From positions 11,346,001 to 11,410,000 of the forward strand of contig CM060733.1 in NCBI GenBank assembly GCA_030704615.1: a stretch of DNA of 64,000 nucleotides, given 5' to 3'. Origin of the DNA: Takakia lepidozioides. Lineage: Eukaryota > Plantae > Bryophyta. The position numbers and the translations under genes are program-made. The notes under the pieces were generated by a model, which saw only the letters and a program-made list of their open reading frames with translations, did not search any database and had not been told where the DNA came from. This document shows positions 12,032-24,968 of this stretch, piece by piece; within the stretch, counting starts at the first letter, position 1; every line of letters starts with the position of its first letter.

Positions 12032-15000
12032 ATGCCAAGTCTCGTCCACGACGTTATGGCTGCCACTCCCAATGTGGGTAGGGTGTTAGAGTCTCAGGAG
12101 CAAGAGACACCAGAAACTTTTGATGGGAGCAATCACACACTTATTCTTGGATGGAGCAACAAACTGGTACTGATTTCTCTCCCTGCATGCTTCACCCAGG
12201 GTTTATGACCGCAAGGTTACAAGGCAGTCCCTGACACGCACATACACTCTGATGACCGTATGTAGTGAACTTAGGGTGCCGATTGAGTATGATTCTCCCG
12301 CTTTCTCTCTGTTTTGATACACACAGAACCTCCCCCCAAGTTGATGCCATTAGACATCAAAATCTTGCACTAAACCTGAAGATGATATGGTAGAGTGTGG
12401 GCTATGCAGGTATAGGGTCGTATATCAACAGCCCAGCTCGCAATTTAATGAGCCCATCTGAAAATCTCTCCCCCATGAAATCTATGGCAGAGCACAAATT
12501 TGAGCGTCTAAATAAACTAAGGTTGTATTCATACTGTATGAGGTGGAAGCTCCCCCAGGTCAGGCTCAACAGGCTTTGTCGATAGTAATCAAAGTTGGTT
12601 CCTTTCCTCAAAATGTATGCTACTTGTACAGGCTGTTGCAGAAGGTTTAAGATAGAACCATGGTAGTAGTTTTGGTAGCCTCACTTGCCACTGAAGGTCA
12701 GATTCCATAAAGGCTGGAGCAAAGTTCTGACTGTGAGTAAGCCCCACAAATTCTATATTGAGGTTATCCAAAAAGCAGGAGGGCTCACACCAAGAGAAGC
12801 AAGGCTATTGCATGTCGGTGATCGAGACAGGAACATGGTTAACACACCGCTTGATGATAGGATTCGCCTCATTTGTACTGTGCAACAAGTGTGACACAGT
12901 GATCATTTGTTTTTCTCTTGCATGGTATGTAGGATATGAGGAGGATATGCTTTGTCTTTCAGAGGCTGTTCAGCATTGGCTGAGGCCTTTACTTATCAAG
13001 ACCAGAATGGCAGACTTAACTTTAGGATGCACTGTTTCTATTGAAGCCTAATTTGCTTTGTGTGTGATTAACACGTGTCCCATAAACTCACTTAAGCTTC
13101 CTTCGGATGCTAGAAAGTTCCCTCTTTCCTGCGGCCTCCTGTGATGTAGCAGTCCTCCCCCCCCCGCCCTTCTCTCTCCCTCTCTCTCTCCCCACCTGGT
13201 CCCATGGCCCTTGGTGGCCTTCTGCGGATGCTATTAAGGTTCTTTAACTCTACCTCCGCACAACCTATGAGACATCCCCTTGGTGTCTGTTGCTTAAGGA
13301 CATTTATTGATGTGGTGCAGAGTTCGCTTCTGACACAGCTGGCCATTGCAAATCAGAGCATGGGTGGGGGTGTGATTGTTATCCTGGCCAACCGCGAGAG
13401 GAAGCAGATGGAACTGGATATTGAAAGTGAAAAAATTGACTTGTTGGGGACAAAGGTCATATACAGCTGTGGCAGCCCCCTTGATGAGGCAGGTCTGCAG
13501 AAGGTGTGTGTCTGTATGAGGAGGGGCTGGGTTTTTGGGGGGGGAAAAGGGAGAGAGAATGTGCTCATAAGATGGGGCTTGCTGTAACCTTGTGGCCATA
13601 GACCCCCGCCTACTTTGGGCGAAACAGGAGGGAACAGACAATACCTTTGTGACAGGCTCACTCTAGTAGTAGGCCTTACCTTGATATAAACAAATTGGTC
13701 AGGCCTTCCAGATTTCCTCCTTCACAAGTCAATCTGCTGTGGAGATTGTACTCATAAGACGTTGTTTGCCGTAGCCTTGTGGCCAATCTGCTGTGGAGAG
13801 AGAGAGACAGATGTACTCATAAGACTTTGTTTGACCTTGTGGCCATAGACCCTGCGCCCAGTTTGGGCGGAACAAAAGGGACCAGGACCTTTGTGAGGGG
13901 CTCACAAAGAGAGAGAGATTGTACTCATAAGACAGTGTTTGCCGTAGCCTTGTGGCCATTGACCCCGCGCCCAGTTTGAACGGAACATATAGGGACAGAA
14001 ACTACCTTTGTCAGGGGCTGACACCGGTAGTATGATTTACCTTGGAATAAACAGTTGATCCGAGATTTCCAGATATCCTCCAGAAATCCCTTCACACAAG
14101 CATCAATCTAATGTGTGTGATTTGCCCAATAGCTAGACCCCAAAAGGGCCTGGGCTTTTGGCTCAGCCTCAAGATTTTCAAAGCTGTTAAACAGAGGTAC
14201 AGGCACAATTTCCTTGATGGAATTGAAGAGGGTGTCCCGTTGGTGAGAGTAGCCATGACAATGAATCAGGAAGTGAATATTGTCTTCAGGTTGCCCACAC
14301 AACGGGCACTTACAATCCCCCTTTCCTCTCTGCTACTGTTTGTTGTTCAAAGGTAGGCTACCCGCCCTGAGTTTGAATTTCAGTCTAGTGCCGAGGTGGG
14401 TAGACCCTTGAGGTCATCCATGATGGCGTCACCCATGTCACAGACTGGAAAGAGGTTCAGGGAAGTTTTCTGCCTAACTTCATTTTCTTCAGACAATTTC
14501 CTGGCAATAGACATGGCTTCGGAAACTTCAGCTTCTAAGCCGGATTTATCCAGCAGGGTCATGGCTAGTGGACTAAGATTCAGATCCTTGAAAATCTCTT
14601 CTACCCTTTTCCGCCAGGATTTAATCTGTTTGACAGGGCGGTCCTGCTTCCAAGATATAGAGTCGATTAACTTAGGATATCTGGTATTTAGCCATACGTT
14701 GCAGCTGACCCTACCATCTGATTTTGAATTCATCGCGTCGGGAGCTTAAGGGAGGAATGCCAAACCCACCCCGAACAGCCACATTAGCTGTTTTGGAGCA
14801 TGTTGACATGCACTCCTTGAGCACCCCGACTTGGATGGATTCAAGAGACTTAGCCTGGTTGGATTTATCAACCCATACAGCAGATGCATACTCCAAGGCC
14901 GGCCTGATAACGCGGCAAAGCATGGTTTTTTTGACTTCAGAGTTGATCCCTCTGCAGTGGAAAATTTTAATGAGACCCAGCGCTTTGCGTTTGCCAGATT

Positions 15001-18000
15001 GAACCACTCTTTCAATATGTGCTTCCCAATTACAGTTGGAGGAAAACTCAACGCCAAGATAGGTGTAGGAGGGGAGAACAGGGATCTCTTGGCTTCCCCA
15101 CTGAAACTTGAGATCGCCTCCTCCTTCCCCCCAGTCGTTGAATGCCACCACTGCGCATTTACTGACATTGGCCTCTACCCCCCAAAGATCAAAGTATCTC
15201 TTCGCGCAATCTATCAGTCCCTGGAGGTTGGAAGGAGTCTCCCCTATGCCTGCGAAGTCATCCGAACATAAGGGCTGGTATGGTGGCATCACCCACCCTT
15301 AACCCAAATCCCTCACTTTCCACATCCTCCAGTAGTTGATTGATGAAAACATTGAAGAGCAGAGGGGAGAGGGTACATCCTTGAGCTACACCTTGGTCTA
15401 TGTCAAAGAAATTAGACTTCTGTCCATTTACAGTGACACAGCTTTTAGTGTGAGCATACAAGTTATGGACCACTCTCCACATCTTTCCCTTGATCCCGGA
15501 AGACCAGAGTCGGAGCCATAGACCGTCTCTCCACACAGTGTCATAGGCCTTTTTGACATCCAGGAAAAAGACAAAAGTAGGTTTCCCTTCTTTTTTCCTT
15601 CCCTGGATAATCTGGCTGAGTGTGAAGATATGATCCACGCAACCCCTGTTTCACCGAAAGCCAGCTTGGCCTTCATGGAAACAACCTCTGGACTCCAGAT
15701 CAACCTCGAGACGAGTACTTATAACTCTGCAGAATATCTTGCCAACTGCATTAAGAAGCGTGTTGCCCCGATAGTTACCCGGCTCTTCTCTGTCACCTTT
15801 CTTATATAAATTGACAATGACCCCCTGCCGCCAACGAAAGGAATTTCAGTCCTCCACATAAGGTTAAAGAGAAGAACAAGGGCCTCTATCATAGGGTCAC
15901 CACCATGCTTGATAAGCTCATTGACAATGCCATCAGGGCCACCAGCTTTGTATCCGTTTAGGTGCTCAATTGCTTCCGCAATCTCAGAGGAACTAATGGG
16001 AGCGTTATAACCCTTTGAAATATACTCCAGTTCATCAGGGCTGTCTTGAATCATAGACACAGTTCTTTCTACTGTGTCATTCCATTCTTCAGAAAACCCC
16101 TCGCTGCTAGAACTAGAATTTCTGCCAAGTGTACTGTAGTGGGTTTCAAAGGTGTTGACAATGTCAGCCGTTGAAGTCACCACTGCACCCTTAGGGGTCC
16201 TCAGCGCTTGTACTTGCTGACAATTTTTCGGCTTGTACGGACGTTGAAGGGCCAAGCAGAATTTCTTGTCATTACCACCATGGTGGTTTGAGTTTATTTC
16301 CCCGTATAATTTATCCCAATATAGTTTCTTCTGAGACCTTACAAGCTGATTGATATCTTTGCGGAGCTGGTAGTACTTAACCCAAAGGTCATTATTGACT
16401 TTCATTCTGCAGCACTCTTTATAGAGGGCTCGTCTCTCGGCAATCTTGTGTTTGATCTCATTGGTCCACCAATTAACAGCTCTACCGCAGACAATTAGTT
16501 TCCTCCCAATGATCTTTTCAGCCACAGAAGAGACGAAACTCTCCCAAGAGTCCACCGCACTTTCGACTTCATTTCTTGCATTGCCAGCGCGAGATTGAAG
16601 GTCTTGGAGCGAATGGACAAAGTTGGGCAGAGCCTCTCGCAAGGCCTGGACATACTCAGCCTTGACCTCTTCATTTCGGAATTTTTCAATGCGCCACTTC
16701 TGGATCGAACGTTTCACAGATCTCTTGGTGTTGGGGAAACACCTTTTGATCTCAGTCCAAACCAGAAAGTGGTCAGAGGTACCAATATTAGTTCTGTCAA
16801 TTAATACATTGGCACACTGGGGAAACAGATTCTTGTCCACTATGATATAATCCACAATGGATCGTTCCCCAGTTTGGGCTTTCTCACGAGTCCACTGCAT
16901 TGGGTCACCTTTTGACCTATTGTTCAGGGTCGAAAGCTGAAGCTCTTCCAAACAGTTAATTAACCGTCTTCCCTTAGAGTTCAGCTCGTCCTCACCAAAA
17001 GGTCCGATGATATCATCCTGGTGAAGACCTTTACCCACCCGGGCATTGAAGTCACCCAATAAGACCACCTGACCCTTGGCAAGGAACTTAGCACAGTCCA
17101 GCTTTACGTCTTCGAAGGCTTTATCTGCGTCAGCACTAAGGGTCCCTCTGTGGGCATGTAAACACATCCCACAAAGAGGTCCTTCCTACTCACGCTGCCC
17201 TTCAATTTCAGTTTCAGCCAGATACTGTGCTCATACCGCAAATCCTTGTTGATAATTTCACAATTGTCACACAAGAAATCTCAGACAAAGAAGCCAACAC
17301 CTTTTTGCCCACGCTTGGGAGAGGTCACCGTAAGCGCACACATCTTGCCAAACCAACGGTAGCCGTTGACATCTCCAACCAGTTTGTCCGAAGTTTCCCA
17401 TGTCTCTTGCCCAGCACAGATATGAATACCATTTGACTGAAGAACTTGTCCCACTTCAAATTGTTTCCTTTGGTTAGTCAACCCCGAGAAGCTGAAAGTG
17501 CCCAGCCGCAAGCCAGCCTTTTGCATATGGATTGTTTGCCGTCTAGGGAGCCTATGATTGCTCCTGAACGACCAACCGCTCTGCAAAGGGGGATCAGTTG
17601 CCGCATGTATTTTGGGCGTCTAGAGTAAACTTTATAAGGATTGGCAAACCATGCAGAGTGCCAAATCCTTCAGGCGAAGATTTAATTCTTCTAGAGTAAA
17701 CCTTAAGGATTGGCGCAAACCATTCAGAGTGCCAAATCCTTCAGGCGAAGATTTAATTCTTCTAGAGTAAACCTTAAGGATTGGCAATCCATTCAGAGTG
17801 CCAAATCCTTCAGGTTCCTGACGCTCAGCCTCAGCACACATAGGGCCAACTAACCTGTCTGGCTGCTTGGTATCAATCTCTTCCAGGGCTTCAAACCGGT
17901 TAGAAACTTTCAAGTTGAAGTCCCCACAGTTGACTGTCTTCCTAGAGCCCCTCATTGAATCACCAATGTCTAAGACCGCCCTCCAACCAGTCAAGTGGCG

Positions 18001-21000
18001 AATTTCTTTGAAGCTGATTTGATGTGGGATTCTATTTGTAGCAGATTTAGGCAATGAAACCTTCAAAGTACCTCTGTTATCCAATCTTGAGATGGTGCCA
18101 TTAGCCACATAATCCAAGCCTAAGCTGGAGCAGATAGTTTTAAAGGACACATCGTCCATCCTGGGATTCACCCCAAAAACTACACATGAAGCTCTAGATT
18201 TGGCATAAGTAACCATTTCCCAGGAATCACCCTGAGTAGTGTTATTATCGGAGTGGCCAAATATTTTTTCTGTATACGCAGGCTGTAAGTTTAAGCACAA
18301 GGACCAACCCTAGCCCAAGTGCCGAGCATGCTCCATTTTGGGCGGAGGGGCTGCCCCCAAGCGGTAGGGGTCCGCTTGTTACCATCCAGAGATCACCACT
18401 CCAAAGGAGCTGCAGGGAATGGCCCGCGTAGACATGTTCTAAAGAGGGAGAGGCCCCAGACTCTCCAACTAAATCCAATGTACTACCTTACCCAAAGCAG
18501 AGTGCTTCAGGTCAAAACAAACCAAGACACGAGGTCGCAAGGCCGGCATTTAGTCACAGAGACATTTATGTACTCCCATTTCAAGTCCACCCAATGTCGA
18601 TAGGCTTCCTAGAGGCAGGGAGGTGACACAAAGAGAGAGAGAGAGAGGGAGAGAGAGAGAGTAATTGGCTATGACACATCCTTGTGGGCATGTACTGTGA
18701 ATGACAATCTGGGATTGAGTGTCGATGTATGGGCGTGGTAGGTAGGCCTCCAAGTGCCTTTGACTATCATAGCTGAGACTGTCAAGGATAAGGAATTTCT
18801 GAAAAGACGTGTATCTACCTCTGATCGCAGTAAAGTGAGCCAAGACATGTGCATGCATGGGGAAATATCCATTCCATTTGAGATAACTGAGCCCATCCAC
18901 TTTTTCCAAGTGTTAGCAAGCTCTTTGGCAACCCAGCCCTCTGGTGATGGATGTCGAAAACAAGGCAAACAGATGGTAAAGGCTTTAAAAAAATGGCTGT
19001 CCCTGAGTTCAATGCAAGTGTTTCAATACAACTTGATATCTCGGCCCTCAGGTCACTGCACATGTATCCTCCAGCGCAGAGATAGAGCTCAGAGACAGAT
19101 TCATTTATTGTTGAGAAGAATCCACGTTGGACTGTTGACTGTAAGGCCATTATCCTGGTGCATGGAACAAGAGATACAATCAGGAATGTAACTATACTCT
19201 GTGTTGGGGTTTTGCAGGTCTCGGTGTCTGAGGCTCGCTCTATAATTGTCCTTGCAGAGTCTGATGATGCAGATGAGGTAAGATGGCTTTCCACTGCTTG
19301 CTGATTAGATATTTTCATAGGAAGTTGAGCTGGTAGGAGCCAGCCTCACGGGTGGAGAAGAAAAAGAAGAAAATGTGGCCTCATCTATGACGCGAAAGAA
19401 TAAAGTTTATTATGTTCACTGCGATCCTGAAAGGCAGAGCAAGAGCAAGAGAGAGACACTAGCGGAGCCATTTCAAAGAGAATCAGACAAACACATGATG
19501 AAAACTGATACATAGGGGTGTCTGGCAGAGTGATGAGCTGGCAAGGAAGATTGTACAAACTATATTAACAAGTGGGGATCAAGGGATTTGGGGTCATATC
19601 GTGGTGGAGCTCATCGACAAGGAGAATGAAGCTTGGGTGAAGCAAGCAGGTGGCGAGCTTGTAGAGACAGTTGTGGCGCACGATGTGATAGACCGCCTCA
19701 TGGTCCAATTTGCACGCCAACCTGGTCTTGCTCAGGTCCAATTCAGACTTTGCAGATGTGTAATTGGGGCAACCTGACTCATGCATGGCTAACATTCTCA
19801 CAGGAGCTCAGGTTAAGAAGCCGGGGAATGGTTGTAGCCATAGATTTCAGTCTTTCTCTTTTGGTTCATTAGCCTTGGCTGTTCTTCCTTCTTTGTTTGT
19901 TTGTTCCACGTTTTTGACTGATAAGCTTTGGGCTTCTTGTCGATGTCAGGAAGTTTAGTTCCTTTTTCATTTCCCTTGCGAGTGTTAATATTCTTTCAGT
20001 GAATGCAGGTATGGCAGGATATCCTGGGATTTGACAATGCCGAGTTCTATGTGAAGAGGTGGCCAGAGTTAGACGGTCTTCGCTTTGGAGATGTGTTGAT
20101 CAGCTTTCCAGATGCAATACCTTGTGGCGTCAAAGTGATGGCCAATGATGGCAAGATTGTGTTGAATCCTGATGATGAGTACATACTCTCTGAGGGGGAT
20201 GAGCTGCTGGTTGTCGCTGAGGATGATGACTCGTATGCCCCTTCTGGGTCCTTACCAGAAGTACGTTCTGTTTCTACTAGAAAATTTGGCTGATTTCCGT
20301 CTGCATCAGAGCCCTTTTATCGTCGGGTTGACTGTGAATGGGTTTTCAAAGCTTCGACAAGAGAAGGCATATTGTTGATGAGATGTTAGTTTGTTTTTCA
20401 CACACAAGGTGCCTTTTATGATGCACCATGCTCACATTTTCTTCCCACTCTCCTGTTTCTGCTGTAGATCCGGAAAAGCTCACTACCTAAGAGTGGAAGC
20501 AATTTGAAGGTTCCAAAGAAAGTTTTGTTCTGTGGATGGCGTCGCGACATGGATGACATGATCACGGTAGGTCCTTGTGAGATGTAGCTCTTGGGCTTTG
20601 GAGGGTATACATTTAAAATACAATCACTATTGCTGCAAGTTGGAGAGTAGAGGAAGGATGGGGTGTGGGCTCTGTTGTGTCAATCTCTAGTCAGATGGGG
20701 TTCTCTGCTTATGAAGTTTTGTGGCTGAGGAGCAAAGTATGCATGGAGATTGCTTTATGTGTTCGACAATTGGGGTCTTTTCTGGATCTGTACCCAGAAA
20801 TTTGGGCTTTATTCTGACATCATACATTGTGGGGGGACTTTGTTCTTGTGCAGGTGTTGGAGTCATCATTAGCCCCAGATTCAGAGCTCTGGATATTCAG
20901 TGAGGTGCCTGAACACGAAAGGGAAAAGAGACTAATGGAGAAAGGCGTCCATGCAAGGGAGTTCAAAAATGTGAAGCTCATCCACTGCGAGGGAAATGCT

Positions 21001-22286
21001 GTCAACAAAAAACATCTTGAACACCTACCCCTCGAAACATTTGATTCGGTGGGTGGCTTATACATTGATTAGTTGTCCCTCCTCGCTTAATTTTCTGACA
21101 TGTTTACTTCAAACATTCTGGAGCTGTAGGCAAAGAGTAAAAATGTCTGTAGTCTTCCAGTGAGCATCTACCATAGAAGTTGTAGCTCATTTGAAAAGTA
21201 CCTACCGGAAGCGCCTTTAATGTTTTCTAGAGAGACTCTCTCACTCTCACCCTCTGGAGGATCTCAAGTGTGATCATGATTGACTGATAAGTAAGTGTTG
21301 TTCTGGCCCTGCAGATTTTGGTTGTTATGGACGGAGATGCTCCAATGGATGCTGAACACTCCCCCCTCGCAACTTTGCTGTTAATCCGTAGTATTCAGGT
21401 ACTTTTGAGAGTTCAATACTTCTCTCCTTCTGCCTTGGAAGGGACTTAACCTTCGTATCCTTGCTACTCTCCATGTTTGTTAGATTTTCTTGGTAAGAAG
21501 TCCAGAGTTCGTAGGCCCTGATTTTCCTCCTGGTAAGAACAGGAGGAGGATTTTGTGCGCTTCTACCTTTTTTTTATCAACCCTCCATTCTGACAAAGGT
21601 GAGGTTCTTGTGGTTGTTTTGTGCTGTAGTCAAAGCGAATGCCCCACAGCGAAGCCAAGGCCATTCAATTACGTCAAGGGGGCTCCACGAAAAGCACCTG
21701 GATCCACGAAATACTGCACTGTCCGAAACAGTCAATAATAATCAATGAAATTCTTGATGCCGGGACAAAAGATCTCCTTCCTGAAGCAGATTATCCGCTT
21801 ATGCATAAGACAGATGATGTGATGGTGAGCATGGCACTGGCTATGGTGGCAGAAGACAAGCAAATCAATGGTGTGCTGGATGAGCTTTTTGCAGATGAGG
21901 TAAGCTCTTCTCCGAACACTTTTAACCCTTGGAGTTCAATCTTCTAATTCTAGACCCACTGTGGTACCTTAGGGCATAGATTTTAAGAGATTGCCTGTCA
22001 TACTAAAGCTATTCGATCTGAGAGGTTCTAAGATTGTGAACTTATTTAGATGATTATTTGGTGTGTGGGGCAGGGGAATGAAATTTACATTCGGCCAGCT
22101 GATATGTATCTAGATGAAGACAAAGAGGAGCTAAGCTTCTATGAGCTCATGCTACGTGCTCGTCAGAGACAAGAGATCATCATAGGCTACCAATCAGATC
22201 GAGCAGTCATCAACCCACCCCAGAAAGAGGTCCAGAAAAACTGGTCCATGGATGACAGCTTCATTGTTCTTGCACAAAAAGCATGA
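12032..22286 (+). CDS. CASTOR/POLLUX (DMI1)-like protein, RCK gating-ring domains only (about 557-565 aa, 10 exons)
   Basis: Exons: 12032 or 12056-12166 (NHTLILGWSNKL); 13321-13503 (SLLTQLAIANQSMGGG...GSPL); 19218-19277 (VSVSEARSIIVLA); 19529-19735 (GHIVVEL...ETVVAHDVI...ARQPGLAQ); 20009-20260 (WQDILGFDNAEFYVKRWP...AEDDDSYAP); 20468-20566 (FCGWRRDMDDMI); 20854-21048 (LPLETFDS); 21315-21398 (LATLLLIR); 21630-21899 (SMALAMVAEDKQINGVLDELFA); 22074-22286 (GNEIYIRPA...stop). All introns are GT-AG, phase 0, and the spliced frame has no internal stops. Confidence 0.9.
13550..13902 (-). mobile_element. Three stacked 5'-truncated 3'-end copies of the adjacent LINE family
   Basis: The motif TG(T/C)ACTCATAAGA...CCTTGTGGCCA recurs at about 13560, 13746 and 13812, each preceded by GA repeats. 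Insert 13746-13783 is flanked by a 16-bp direct repeat CAATCTGCTGTGGAGA (13730-13745 and 13784-13799). Confidence 0.8.
13919..18626 (-). mobile_element. Full-length non-LTR retrotransposon (LINE; APE endonuclease + RT + C-terminal Cys/His motif, RTE-X-like) in intron 2 of the CASTOR-like gene
   Basis: ORF1 17632..18300. ORF2 is in pieces: GIHICAGQETW, LLGDFNARVG, SIVDYII, SDHFLV; FLDVKKAYDTV, GVAQGCTLSPLLF, YTYLGV; CGQPEDNIHFLIHC. 16-bp TSD CACAAAGAGAGAGAGA at 13903-13918 and 18627-18642. Confidence 0.93.
17619..17813. repeat. About 70-bp tandem repeat (about 2.8 copies) at the LINE ORF1/ORF2 junction
   Basis: Unit TCTAGAGTAAACCTTAAGGATTGGC..AACCATTCAGAGTGCCAAATCCTTCAGGCGAAGATTTAATTCT repeated. 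Confidence 0.9.
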
Positions 22287-23689
22287 GGCTAGACCTTTCT
22301 TCCTTTCCCTGCCTTCTTATTCTTGGAAGGGGTGATATAGATTGGCATCAAATTCAACAATTGCTCACATAACAAGGTGGAGATGTTCATCCTACCCTCG
22401 CTAGTTCTGACCTCCGTATGTGTTACATTGCTTTGATTGCAATTGAGCAGGCAGCCCAATGGTTGAGTGTTGGTGCCTTGCCTGTGAGGGGATGATCCTG
22501 ACCTTTAACCGCCCATTGAGCCCTCTTGGGCTGTGCGTTGCCCAACTTTAGGTTAATCTCTTACATGTGCATATGTCAATCTTGGACAAATCGCCCTGCA
22601 CGACTGAAAAGGTCTGACATGCAGCCACAATGCTCCAATGTAGGAGTGAGGACTCATACAGTTACAGCGTTCCTCCACTGGCCCAAATGGCTACATGCAG
22701 AAAGAACATGAAGAAAGGTGATACCGTCAAGCTACAGGCATTTCTGTTGCATTTGTTGGCCATGCCTTCCTAAGGCGGGACTACTTTAGCACAGATACTT
22801 TCAATTACGCTTCCCATTCGATCAAGACAGTTGCCACCAGAATACTCTGTCCATATTTTTAATGAATGACATCCCTTGGATGAACAATTTCAATGCCTTT
22901 AGATCTGGAGTTCAACTTCTTATGCATGCCGGGTGATTCAGGGCTCAAATCCTGTTACCGCGATATTTATTAATAAACACTATGTGATCTTCCAAATTTT
23001 TACTATCTATTCATAATTACTAGAGGGCAGGGCTTGCATGAATTGCATGCATTTGTTCAAGTACTGTAGTTGAAGACACCATTCTAGCTTTGATGATGTC
23101 AAAAGTGACTTCTTTTGCCTAGGTCCATCCTCTCTCTTTGCGCTCATGAAAGCTGTTAACAGTGATTATTCAGGCTAGCACTCAAATCTGAAGAGCCTCT
23201 CTAGTGCATGCGTCGATTGTGCCAAGTTCTGTTAATTCAGGTCCTTCGATGCAATTGTGAGATCCTCATGTTTGCACTCTCATGTGTTAAATTGGTGTCA
23301 ACATGTATCCAGATACTGATGTTCCTCAGTCATTCAAAGACAATCAGCCTCCAAATACCCAGTCTTCTGCAGTTCTGGGGGGGTCACCTTGTTCAACCTC
23401 TCGTGGTGCAAAACTTTCACCCCAAGACTTCGGCATTTGACTGTCCACTGCAACTGCTGACATCTTCTGCAATGAGATTTTCTGGCTGCTGTTAGATAAC
23501 CAAATGATTATTCCAATCTCCAGCTCACAGTGTGTAGTACTGACTGTGCAAGACATCACACATCATTTCTTCCAACTGGATCCTTTCATACAAAGCTAAT
23601 GACAACTTCTGACCTTTTCGCCCTGATGTTTGAAGTGGCAAGCTTTCTTCCGTTTCTGTTGCTTACTTCACCAGTGATCCCCTGAGAGC

Positions 23690-23940
23690 AGACTGGGGTG
23701 AAAGCACTTGCTATCTCTCATAACAACTGGTAACCCGTAAATCTTCGAGATGAACTTGGCCACGGTGGTGCAATATGACACACCCCAAGGTTGCTGATGA
23801 CATGGATGGGGCGTGCTGATGACACAAAAAGAAATGGTGAGTTCGCAATGTGGTGGCCAAGACATAATCCCTTTTGCTCCTCCACCTCATGCAATATAAA
23901 GCATGTGCCAGGCACCTACCCAGCCTCCATCCACCCGAAT
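23690..23940 (-). pseudogene. Eroded DYW deaminase domain belonging to the upstream PPR gene
   Basis: MEAG*VPGTCFILHEVEEQKGLCLGHH...ISFCVISTP...CTTVAKFISKIYGLPVVMRDSKCFH across frameshifts. Confidence 0.75.
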
Positions 23941-24968
23941 GGGCATCCATCTCCGTCTGATTGGCAAGCTTACGTAGCACTGGAAGGCCTTTCTCTGTTA
24001 CCAGATCATGGGCACCTGCTGGGCAACAGTAGTGATGGATTCAAGCCAAGACTACATTCATGTCAGTAATCCACTACTAATGGAGGCTTTACACACCCAG
24101 GTGACTGTCATGGAGGGTATTGGATAACAAAAATGTCAGCACAACCATGGGTGAGGTCTAGGTTCACATCTATGTTTGAAGAAGGGGTCAAGGTGGAAGC
24201 CACACAAACCTGGACTGTGTGACAGACAGGCCCGCAGTCAGAGCTGAGTTTGTCAGTGGCGAGTCTTTGGTGCTGCCAGCCTGAGCTGCCATAGCCAGTA
24301 GGGCAGAGCTCCACCAAGCTGCAACGTCACTAAAACCCTAGTCCACATTCTGTAGGAGATACATCATCGCCTTTGCCACATGCCACCTCACTGTTCGCTC
24401 AGGTGGCAGAACAGCCGCTAGTGAGGCATCACCTTCCTTATCAATTTGGGCTATTGTTGACCGGTTTCTACTTGAGGCCTGTGCCCATGTGGCAAGTGCC
24501 CTAGCTGCCAATGGCACTGCAACATATCAACCTGGAAGGTCATCCTGCAGACCATAGCTGCTACCAGGGCTTCCACTAGATTCTTTATGATCCCTCTGGC
24601 ATCCTCTGTGCCTTCTATCCTCAGAGACTTCACAGTCCCAACAGGACCTCAGGTCTGAAAAGTAAAGTCTTTTTGCTCCACTCAGCTGTGGCAACCTGTG
24701 GAAAATACTCTTCCAGTCTTTGGATGCCAACAATGTCTGCCTGGATGCACTAATGTTTCAGGTACAGAGACCCCCCCTATCCTTTCCATCCTTTCCCTTA
24801 GAGGGAAGCGTCCTCTGTGAGCCAGCCACCCCCCACCACTTACAAACTGTCACAACATCTGCTGGGTCCACATTCCCTGTAGAATTCAACCCAATCACAA
24901 CAACAGCTGCTCAGCATTGCTTTCCTCACATTGTCATCTCCGTTGAGCGTATGAGTTGCTGTATCATC

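Noticed and set aside
18660-19190. Possible older LINE fragment (similarly 12400-12900 and 24100-24750)
   Set aside because: Only vague resemblance to ORF2 C-termini; no diagnostic motif could be read.
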